A stretch of 32,000 nucleotides of DNA from Candidatus Lokiarchaeum ossiferum. Its GTDB lineage: Archaea; Asgardarchaeota; Lokiarchaeia; Sigyniarchaeales; Promethearchaeaceae. The position numbers and the translations under genes were made by a program. Under the pieces are notes generated by a model. That model was not told the origin of the DNA and searched no databases. It saw only the letters and a list, made by a program, of their open reading frames with translations. The DNA lies in NCBI GenBank assembly GCA_025839675.1, contig CP104013.1:5820001-5852000 (forward strand). Direction: 5' to 3'. Positions 9,047 to 16,624 of this stretch are shown one piece after another. Position 1 is the first letter of the stretch. Each line of letters begins with the position of its first letter.

Positions 9047-10012
9047 ATGACCATAATTGTTTTTCTCGTGATTGTAATTGCTTCTGTGATTACAATTATT
9101 TATATTACAAACCCAAAGGAAACCCTACTTATCTCGAAGCTTGGAAGTATTGAGACTGGAGGTGATACTTGCGATGTAGAAGTTGTGGATGGAATTGCAT
9201 ATGTTTCAGATATGCAAGCCAATGCACTAAAAATAATTAATGTCAGTGATCCATCCAATCCTGTTCTTCTTTCATCTTATGGGGTAAGTGGAAATCATCA
9301 ATTACTCGTTAGTGATGAAATAGTTTACATTACTGACCATAATAGAGGACTGGTATTATTGAATGTATCAAATACTTCTCAACCCATTTTTATTTCCAGA
9401 TATAATGACCCAGGAGAAATCGATGACTTATACATTGTGAATGATACGGCGTATATTATTGATCAAGTTGATGGACTTGAAATTGTGAATATTTCTGATC
9501 CTACACACTTAACAAAGCTGGGTTCGTTTAACTATGGATCAGTGGGTCATCATGTAGATGTTTTTGTACGAGACAATATCGCATATCTAACCGATGCTGA
9601 AAATGGACTTTATGTTGTTGATGTGAGTGATCCAACAGATATTGTGGAACTTTCCTATTATGAAGAATCAGGGATGATGTGGATGGATGTGTCCAATGAT
9701 TTTCTTTATATTCCAAATCAAAAATCTGTCCTTTTATTCAGCATTGAAACTCCCGAATCCCCCAAATTATTACGAAATGTAAAAATTGGTGCAAATCCGT
9801 CAGTAATTACAATTAAAGGTGAAATTGCATGCGTTTCAACAAGTGATGCTGGGATTAAAGTACTTGATCTTTCAAATCCGCGTTATCCAAAAGTTATTGG
9901 GTCCTTTTATGATGAAGGGTTGTCTTTAGGTTCTTATATTGTAAATGATTATATTTATGTAGCGGATAAATCTGGTGGATTAGAGATCTTACAAATGACC
10001 TCACAAATATAA
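9047..10012 (+). CDS. LVIVD-repeat beta-propeller protein with N-terminal signal anchor
   Basis: N-terminal TM segment MTIIVFLVIVIASVITIIYI. Repeated blades carry GLVLLNVSNTSQP, GLEIVNISDPTHL, GLYVVDVSDPTDI, GIKVLDLSNPRYP and GLEILQM, which is the LVIVD repeat signature. Confidence 0.8.
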   Translation: MTIIVFLVIVIASVITIIYITNPKETLLISKLGSIETGGDTCDVEVVDGIAYVSDMQANALKIINVSDPSNPVLLSSYGVSGNHQLLVSDEIVYITDHNRGLVLLNVSNTSQPIFISRYNDPGEIDDLYIVNDTAYIIDQVDGLEIVNISDPTHLTKLGSFNYGSVGHHVDVFVRDNIAYLTDAENGLYVVDVSDPTDIVELSYYEESGMMWMDVSNDFLYIPNQKSVLLFSIETPESPKLLRNVKIGANPSVITIKGEIACVSTSDAGIKVLDLSNPRYPKVIGSFYDEGLSLGSYIVNDYIYVADKSGGLEILQMTSQI

Positions 10013-10013
10013 C

Positions 10014-10021
10014 TTTTTTTT
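10014..10021 (+). terminator. Oligo-T tract (T8) immediately after the LVIVD gene stop
   Basis: taac-tttttttt lies in the 16-bp gap between two convergent genes. Confidence 0.4.
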
Positions 10022-10028
10022 ATTCCTT

Positions 10029-11390
10029 CTACACCATAAATACCAAGAAGATTCCAGCGATTATCAAATGAAAAATCGCAAATAATCCTCCAACTTTAAC
10101 CAGTTTCAAGTAATTGAAGCCTACCACTCGTTCTTTTTGAGCTATCTCCAATGCCATCAAATCGCTCGCGGTTCCTTGAGGGAGAATATTACTTCCAATA
10201 TTTATCCCAATAATGAATGCAAATAAGATATGTATTTCATATTCCGGGTAAGTGCTGAGCAAGTCAACGATTACAGGGTGAAATATAATTGTGACTGGGG
10301 CATCATCGATTAAACCGGATAAAACACTGACAATTACCATTAAAATGATAACAAGGACTATAATAGATTGATTTTGTTGAGCTAGTAATATTTCAGCAAT
10401 CATGTCAATAATACCATTGAGTTCCATCAAAGTTTCCAAGATGAAAAAACAAATAAAGAAGTAAATTAATTTGAAGTCTGCATTTTTAGCATGAAATATT
10501 AGATCGGGGTGTTTTTTTGATGTTTCTTCCCCAACCGGATTGATAATCGTCAGAATTAATAATATAATTATCCCCACTAAAACAAAATTTTCAATTAAAA
10601 CTAGCCCTATAAAGTATAAAATTAAAACAACACTATTGGCAAGAAAAAGATTACTGCTAATTATTGGAGATTCTGTTGAATGTTCTTTAATCTCTTTAAT
10701 AAGTGAAAGTGAAGCGAAATGGAGGTCTGAGTGTTCTTCTCCATCGGTAAGGCGTTGATTATAATGAGTTTTGATTTTTTTTCTGAGAATGAAAACATCC
10801 AAAAAAATCAAAGTAAACACCGTAGTTATAAGAAAATAAAGCCCCATATTTTGAAAGAACCACATAAAATTTAGCTGAAAATCGTTTGCAATGAGCACAT
10901 TTTCTGCTGAAGCAAATGGACTTATCGTTGCGGCTAAGTTGATGCAAATTGTTACCCCAAATAAATATGGAAGCGGTGAAATTTCGGATTTGCGACAGAG
11001 TTTGATTACAAAGGGTAAAATAATGATACTAACTGATAGATCTTCTATAACACTGGCTAAAAATATCGAAAAAATACACAGAGTGTAAAAGAAAATTCTT
11101 TGATTTAGAATATTTTTTTGGAGAATTCTTCGAGCTAATTCCTCAAAAAAGGGCTCTAAAATTTCAATACTAACTACCATGCAGACCAGAAATAGAATAA
11201 TTTCCCAACGAATAGCCAAAATATAGGTATTTACACTTCTGGCTTCTGGAATAACCAAGGAACATACCAAAATCGCAACAATCAAAATTATTACTGTGTA
11301 GGTTAGATAATCCCCTTTATCAAAGAAGAGAATGATAATGATTCCTACCAAACACAATATTAGAAAGATTTGTAATAAAATATTTGCCAT
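10029..11390 (-). CDS. Ion-transporter-superfamily permease (ArsB/NhaD/CitMHS-like)
   Basis: 453 aa and polytopic, with two hydrophobic halves separated by a hydrophilic loop (KKIKTHYNQRLTDGEEHSDLH...). Each half has a hairpin-like motif (INLAATISPFASAENVLIAN and IGINIGSNILPQGTASDLMAL), as in ArsB/NhaD-type carriers. Substrate unknown. Confidence 0.65.
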   Translation of the reverse strand: MANILLQIFLILCLVGIIIILFFDKGDYLTYTVIILIVAILVCSLVIPEARSVNTYILAIRWEIILFLVCMVVSIEILEPFFEELARRILQKNILNQRIFFYTLCIFSIFLASVIEDLSVSIIILPFVIKLCRKSEISPLPYLFGVTICINLAATISPFASAENVLIANDFQLNFMWFFQNMGLYFLITTVFTLIFLDVFILRKKIKTHYNQRLTDGEEHSDLHFASLSLIKEIKEHSTESPIISSNLFLANSVVLILYFIGLVLIENFVLVGIIILLILTIINPVGEETSKKHPDLIFHAKNADFKLIYFFICFFILETLMELNGIIDMIAEILLAQQNQSIIVLVIILMVIVSVLSGLIDDAPVTIIFHPVIVDLLSTYPEYEIHILFAFIIGINIGSNILPQGTASDLMALEIAQKERVVGFNYLKLVKVGGLFAIFHLIIAGIFLVFMV

Positions 11391-11490
11391 CTTTTTTTCC
11401 CTAATGTGATTATTCCCGATGTTCCTTTATCGGGATCTTGAAAGAAGGTACGATAGCAAAAAAGATTTTTTATATCACCAACTTGGAGGT

Positions 11491-12090
11491 TCATTTATGA
11501 AGTGAAAGATTTTGTTTATCTGAGGAATGGCCGATTTGAAAGCCAAATTGATATGCTTCATCCATCAGTTTCTGATTGGATCGGATTTCTCCTGCCTCGT
11601 AGGCCGAACCATGGAGTATTTTCAGGATATTGCAATTTGTATAATCAAACATCTCTTTGAGTGAATTAATTCCATGAATTCCTCCTGAAGATTGCAAAGT
11701 CGATGCTCCATAGGTCATTATAATTCCTATATCTTTATTTTTTAAAGCATAATTCTTGGAATAATTATTTGTATAACATCGATCAATAAATAATTTCAAT
11801 TGGGCCGTATAATTAAACCAATAAACTGGAGAAGTCAAAATAATTGTTTTAGCTTCTCGAATTTTTGGATAGATTTCTTGCATATCATCCTTTATGCTAC
11901 ATTTATATCCTTCTTTAGTTTTGCAACTATTACAATGGGAACACGGCTTAATTTGCTTGTTATGAAGAAAAATTGATTCGACTTCGCCTCCCGCCTTAAT
12001 GATGCCTTCTGAAACTTTTTCGGCTAAAATTGCTGTATTACCTTTTTTCCGCGGGCTTCCTAATATGATGAGTGTTTTTGATTTTTTCAT
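11491..12090 (-). CDS. Iron-sulfur flavoprotein (Isf)-like, NAD(P)H-dependent FMN reductase fold
   Basis: ILGSPRKKGNT FMN-binding N terminus. A compact Cys motif CSHCNSCKTKEGYKC (CX2CX2CX7C) matches the Isf 4Fe-4S motif CX2CX2CX4-7C. Confidence 0.75.
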   Translation of the reverse strand: MKKSKTLIILGSPRKKGNTAILAEKVSEGIIKAGGEVESIFLHNKQIKPCSHCNSCKTKEGYKCSIKDDMQEIYPKIREAKTIILTSPVYWFNYTAQLKLFIDRCYTNNYSKNYALKNKDIGIIMTYGASTLQSSGGIHGINSLKEMFDYTNCNILKILHGSAYEAGEIRSNQKLMDEAYQFGFQIGHSSDKQNLSLHK

Positions 12091-12127
12091 GAATTGCTCA
12101 ACTTGTAAGTTTTCTTATTCTTTATTT

Positions 12128-12661
12128 TTATCGTAAACCTTTCCATACCTTTCCATAATCGTCACCAAACACAAAATCTTGCAAATCTTTGCGTTTTTGT
12201 TCTTTTGGCTTATATTTGGGATAACCTAAGGGAGTCATTCCGATTATTCGGGTCTCCTTAGGAATGTTTAATGCTTTTTTAATGGGTTCTTCTTTAAACC
12301 AACCCATCCATACAGTACCCAAACCTTCATTAGTTGCAGAATATATCAATTGAGTTAGGCAGATTGCAGCATCTACTGGAAAATATTGCAGTCCATCGTG
12401 ATTCTTTCCTGAATCCTTTGGATCTATGCAGACAACCACAAATACGTTTGCTGATTTCGTCCACTCTTGTTCAGAAGCTTCCCTAATGATTTCAATTTTG
12501 CTTGGGTCGCTTACCAAAACATATTTTACTCCTTGTTTATTTGCCCATGTTGGAGAAAGGCGCGTTTGTTCAAAAATTCGTTTTAGAACTTCAATTGGTA
12601 TCATTTCATCGGTAAATCCGCGTATACTTCTTCGTGTAGTTATTAATTTATTAAATTCCAT
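12128..12661 (-). CDS. Nitroreductase-family oxidoreductase
   Basis: MEFNKLITTRRSIRGFT...LSPTWANKQGVKYVLV is the typical nitroreductase N terminus (RRS.R.F ... PS..N.Q). The ORF track begins at TTG 12691; the ATG at 12661 is the more conventional start. Confidence 0.85.
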   Translation of the reverse strand: MEFNKLITTRRSIRGFTDEMIPIEVLKRIFEQTRLSPTWANKQGVKYVLVSDPSKIEIIREASEQEWTKSANVFVVVCIDPKDSGKNHDGLQYFPVDAAICLTQLIYSATNEGLGTVWMGWFKEEPIKKALNIPKETRIIGMTPLGYPKYKPKEQKRKDLQDFVFGDDYGKVWKGLR

Positions 12662-12735
12662 TTTGAATTGCTCCTTTGATGTATCAATCAAAACAAATTA
12701 TGCAAAATAATATTCGTTTCTGATGTTAATATTCG

Positions 12736-12763
12736 AATGTTAATTTATAAATGTTAATTTATA
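12736..12763. repeat. Perfect tandem duplication of a 14-bp unit aatgttaatttata
   Basis: Read directly: 12736..12749 equals 12750..12763. A partial third copy aatgtt lies at 12764..12769 and a degenerate copy gatgttaatattcg at 12722..12735. Each full unit junction carries the palindromic TATA-like tttataaa. Confidence 0.9.
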
Positions 12764-12901
12764 AATGTTTCTCTTTTATCTTCCTTGATATTACCTCAAA
12801 TTTTATTTTTAGGTTCATGTATGAGTAACCTTTATTTTCCTCTTTATTCAAATTATGACCATATCGCCCTAGGTGATAAACCTCTCTAAGGTAATGTAAA
12901 A

Positions 12902-13543
12902 ATGAAGAAAGAAAAAGCGGAAAAATCCATGCGAGATTTATTCTATGATAATGCTGATTTAGTCTCCCAAAGTTTTCGAACAATGCAAGATGCTGTTGTA
13001 GCTTATTGTCAAAATAAGATGGAAATTGCTCATGAAAAAGCAAAAGAAACCATCGCAATTGAAAAAACACAAGATCGATCTAGAGATGAGATAGTCAAAA
13101 GGATTTTTTCAAAAGAAACAATGGTGTTTTCACGACCAGATCGATTAAAATTGGTTGAATCTATGGATTCATTATGCGATGAAACGGAAATTGTTGTAAG
13201 AAAATTATTACAACATAATCCTATTGCACCGGTCGAAATTAGTTCTGGATTAGAAGATATGGCTAACAATATTGGAAAAATTGGTAGTAAATTACAAGGG
13301 TTGATTAAAGCAGTTCTCGAAGATTTTTCCAAGGGCGATGAATTTATTAATCAAATTACAGATATTCGGAGAGATGTTCGGGACTGCCATTGGGCATTAT
13401 TAGAAAAGAATTATGCACTTAAACCTGAAATTTATGATTTCATTTATTTCAAAGATATGATTAAAGCCATTGCGAAAGTAGCCGACAAGGCGGAAGAATT
13501 TTCCGATGGTATTCATGGGTTATTATGTAAATACGCTCTATAG
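12902..13543 (+). CDS. DUF47 / PhoU-like phosphate-transport regulator (PiT-associated)
   Basis: 213-aa helical protein directly upstream of a PiT transporter, which is the classical DUF47-PiT pairing. The internal pattern ...EKTQDRSRDEIVKRIF...DRLKLVESMDSLCDETEIVVRKL resembles DUF47 helices. Confidence 0.7.
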   Translation: MKKEKAEKSMRDLFYDNADLVSQSFRTMQDAVVAYCQNKMEIAHEKAKETIAIEKTQDRSRDEIVKRIFSKETMVFSRPDRLKLVESMDSLCDETEIVVRKLLQHNPIAPVEISSGLEDMANNIGKIGSKLQGLIKAVLEDFSKGDEFINQITDIRRDVRDCHWALLEKNYALKPEIYDFIYFKDMIKAIAKVADKAEEFSDGIHGLLCKYAL

Positions 13544-13582
13544 TTCATTTTTCCTACTACAAATTAAAATGTGATTTATAAT

Positions 13583-13587
13583 GGAGG
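13583..13587 (+). promoter_or_regulatory. Shine-Dalgarno-like GGAGG 10 nt upstream of the PiT ATG
   Basis: ataatGGAGGaaaagaagaaATG. This is the operon-internal gene of the DUF47-PiT pair. Confidence 0.45.
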
Positions 13588-13597
13588 AAAAGAAGAA

Positions 13598-14614
13598 ATG
13601 GCATTAGACGTAATTGTAATTGTTCTACTCGTTTTAATGATGGGATTAGCTTTTGCAATTGGGGCTAATGATGAAACGATGGCAACTCTTGTTGGAAGTA
13701 GATCGATTAAGGTGAAAACAGCGGTAATTCTCGGGGCGTTTCTCGTATTTGCCGGAGTTGTTTTTCTTTCAGCTGGAGTAGGAAAAACTGTTGGTGCTTC
13801 CTTACTCGGTTCTGAAGTAGAATATAATGTGAACATGATGCTCGCGATCTTGATAAGCACAATTATTTGGCTAGTTGTGGCATCCCAAACAGGTGCACCA
13901 ATTTCAACAACTCATTCTTTGGTTGGTTCAGTATTTGGAATTGGAATTATTTGGGCAATTCAAGAAGGACAATCCTTTTTTGATGCTTTAAATTGGAGTA
14001 AGATGGGCAGTGTTGCCTTAGGCTGGGTAATTTCCCCTATCTTTGGTTTTGTTGGTGCTTATTTATTCCAATTGTTGGTAAATAAGTTTATCCATAAGCA
14101 GAAGATTGGATTGGATGGATTGGAAAAGAATGAAAAAGGCTTTCTTTATTTGTTATTTGCCGCAATCTGTGTGAGTCAAGTGAGTAGGGGTGGAAATGAT
14201 TCTGCAAATGCCCTTGGGATTATGTATGGGTTGATTGAATCTGGTGATCTGACGGAAGGGCCATTAACAGTAGGGCTCTTGATTATTGCTGGAATAATGT
14301 TGGCTTTAGGCCTCGTCATCGTTGGTCGAAATGTGATTGAGAATGTTGGTAATAACTTAATTGAGATGCGTCCCAGTGATGCTTTTAGTATCCAGATGTC
14401 TACGAGTATAGTTATTTTTCTCGCAACGGTTCTGGGGTTACCTGTGTCGGGAAGTCATATTTTGATATTTGCTGTTATTGGGGCAGGTAAGGTCAAGGGT
14501 GAATCTCCCGATAAGAAATCATTCCGGAAAATGGTGGCAAGTTGGGTTTTAACGTTCCCTGTTGCTGCTATCCTTTCAGCGATTTGTTATTTGATTTTCT
14601 CTGGTATTTTATAA
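13598..14614 (+). CDS. pit: Inorganic phosphate transporter, PiT family
   Basis: The duplicated PiT signature GANDxxxxxG is present twice (IGANDETMATLVGS and RGGNDSANALGIMYG). The protein is polytopic. The ATG at 13598 is preferred over the GTG at 13571. Confidence 0.9.
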   Translation: MALDVIVIVLLVLMMGLAFAIGANDETMATLVGSRSIKVKTAVILGAFLVFAGVVFLSAGVGKTVGASLLGSEVEYNVNMMLAILISTIIWLVVASQTGAPISTTHSLVGSVFGIGIIWAIQEGQSFFDALNWSKMGSVALGWVISPIFGFVGAYLFQLLVNKFIHKQKIGLDGLEKNEKGFLYLLFAAICVSQVSRGGNDSANALGIMYGLIESGDLTEGPLTVGLLIIAGIMLALGLVIVGRNVIENVGNNLIEMRPSDAFSIQMSTSIVIFLATVLGLPVSGSHILIFAVIGAGKVKGESPDKKSFRKMVASWVLTFPVAAILSAICYLIFSGIL

Positions 14615-14619
14615 AATTA

Positions 14620-15171
14620 TTAATCCTTTTTTACATCTTTTTCATTTCTTTCATTCTTTCGGAAGGGTAAATTTTCAATTCGTTGGTGAGGTATCATTAA
14701 AATTGTAAATTCTACCGCAAAAATTAAGTTGTACCATGATTTTGTTAATAATCCAATACCATAAAGCATCATAAGTAATCCGATTTCTTCTGGATTTTTG
14801 AAATATTTGTAGAGGGAATGGTCAACACGCTCAATATTATCTCGATAAAAATTGATCCCCAAAGATCGCTCTAACCCCAATATATAATAACCCCATGTCG
14901 ACACAATTAAACCTACACCAATCATTAAACCTCCAACTATTTGAAGAATTAAAATATTATGGAATAGTAATTGAGGGCTAAATTGAAAAACTCCAAGCAG
15001 TGTGAAGGTTATAATCCACATAGAATTTGTAATTATGGAATGAATCCGAAAATCATGAGATTTAAACCATTTGGACATCTTTCGTCCATACCACTGTAGA
15101 AGAAACATTGTGGACTCTATAGAAATTGTCAGAAAACCCAAAATTAATAAAATTATGAAGAAATAATTCAT
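14620..15171 (-). CDS. Polytopic membrane protein, possibly ICMT/PEMT-like methyltransferase fold
   Basis: Has 4-5 TM segments. The C-terminal region HSLYKYFKNPEEIGLLMMLYGIGLLTKS loosely resembles the G.Y...R.P.Y.G motif of isoprenylcysteine/phospholipid methyltransferases. The function call is weak. The ATG at 15171 is preferred over the TTG at 15189. Confidence 0.45.
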   Translation of the reverse strand: MNYFFIILLILGFLTISIESTMFLLQWYGRKMSKWFKSHDFRIHSIITNSMWIITFTLLGVFQFSPQLLFHNILILQIVGGLMIGVGLIVSTWGYYILGLERSLGINFYRDNIERVDHSLYKYFKNPEEIGLLMMLYGIGLLTKSWYNLIFAVEFTILMIPHQRIENLPFRKNERNEKDVKKD

Positions 15172-15232
15172 TGATATTCGTTCTCCCAAATGTTGTAAAA
15201 CTATTTAGGTGTTTCTATTCGATAAATGTCTT

Positions 15233-15424
15233 ATGGGTGAAAAATTAAAAACTCTTTTTGATTATGTCAAGGCAGAAAAAGGGTCCTACTATGAGATGCA
15301 ATTGGCAATTTTCCTCGGAATTTCTTCATCTCGGGTAGATCAAACTCCTGATACTGAAGAACTATTAGATAAAGCTCAGAAGATGGTGGTTGACGTGTTT
15401 AAGCTTGATAAAATACCTCAATGA
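15233..15424 (+). CDS. Hypothetical small protein
   Basis: 63 aa from ATG 15233 (MGEKLKTLFDYVKAEKGSYYEM...). I recognise no family, so it could be non-coding. Confidence 0.3.
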   Translation: MGEKLKTLFDYVKAEKGSYYEMQLAIFLGISSSRVDQTPDTEELLDKAQKMVVDVFKLDKIPQ

Positions 15425-15503
15425 AATCTATTGAATCGTTTTTCTTTTGTTTTTAACTTTTCTGTAATAAAGTCTTTTTTTAGGAATAGTTCTATATTCA
15501 CTT

Positions 15504-16532
15504 ATGGAAATCGACCAAAGGTTGTCTTTAATTCAACGAAATTTACAAGAAATAATAGATGGGGATAAAATTGAAGAAATTCTTTCCTCACGTGATTTAA
15601 AAATCTATTGGGGGACTGCGACCACTGGAAAACCTAACTTAGGGTATTTGGTTCCCATTTTCAAAATTGCGGATTTTTTAAAAGCAGGATGTCAGGTGAC
15701 CATTCTTTTTGCCGATTTACATGCTTACTTAGATAATATGAAAAGTACTTGGGAAATGCTTGCAAAAAGAACTCGATACTATGAATTTCTTATTAAGGAG
15801 ATGTTAAATCTTATAAAAGCCCCATTAGATAAATTGAATTTTGTTCAAGGGACTGATTTTCAGTTAAGCAAGGAATATACTTTAGATATGTATAAATTAT
15901 CAGCTCTTGTAACCACCAAAAACACTCAAAAAGCGGGAGCTGAGGTTGTGAAACAAGTTAAAAATCCTAAAATGAGTGGTTTATTATACCCAATTCTCCA
16001 AACCCTTGATGAAGAATATCTTAAAGTAGATGCTCAATTTGGCGGAGTTGATCAGCGGAAAATCTTCATGTTTGCACGGGAATTTTTGCCAAAGCTTAAC
16101 TATAAGAAACGCATTCACTTTATGAATCCTTTAATCCCGGGTTTAGGCGAAAGTGGAAAAATGAGTTCTTCGGAACCTAATTCCAAAATTGATTTTGATG
16201 ATACTCCAAAGCAGATTAAGAAGAAAATTAGTAAAGCCTTTTGTAAGGATGGAGTTATTGAGGGAAATGGATTGCTCTCAATTATGAAGTATATAATATT
16301 CAGAAAATTGGAAGATGAACAAAGGGCGTTTATTATCGATCGTCCAGAACAGTATGGAGGGAAGATTATTTTCAATTCATATGGGGAACTCGAATCAAAA
16401 TTTGGTGAAGGCACCCTTTCTTCCATTGATTTGAAACAAGGATTGACTCAAGAATTAATTGCTTTTCTTCATCCCTTACGGGAAAAAATTGCCCAAAATT
16501 CTCAACTTTTGAAGGATGCATACCCTGCTTGA
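15504..16532 (+). CDS. tyrS: Tyrosyl-tRNA synthetase, archaeal/eukaryotic type
   Basis: 342 aa with YWGTATTGKPNLGY (HIGH region), ADLHAYLDNMK, DAQFGGVDQRKIF and a KMSSS loop (KMSKS equivalent). Confidence 0.95.
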   Translation: MEIDQRLSLIQRNLQEIIDGDKIEEILSSRDLKIYWGTATTGKPNLGYLVPIFKIADFLKAGCQVTILFADLHAYLDNMKSTWEMLAKRTRYYEFLIKEMLNLIKAPLDKLNFVQGTDFQLSKEYTLDMYKLSALVTTKNTQKAGAEVVKQVKNPKMSGLLYPILQTLDEEYLKVDAQFGGVDQRKIFMFAREFLPKLNYKKRIHFMNPLIPGLGESGKMSSSEPNSKIDFDDTPKQIKKKISKAFCKDGVIEGNGLLSIMKYIIFRKLEDEQRAFIIDRPEQYGGKIIFNSYGELESKFGEGTLSSIDLKQGLTQELIAFLHPLREKIAQNSQLLKDAYPA

Positions 16533-16550
16533 AATCTCTAGTTCTTCTAC

Positions 16551-16559
16551 TTTTTTTTT
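16551..16559 (+). terminator. Oligo-T tract (T9) 19 nt after the tyrS stop
   Basis: ctac-ttttttttt-a, an archaeal oligo-T termination signal. Confidence 0.5.
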
Positions 16560-16624
16560 AATTCAAGGGAAAATTTAACATTGTATTCTTTTTTTTACTA
16601 TCGTAGCATTACATAATACATCTT

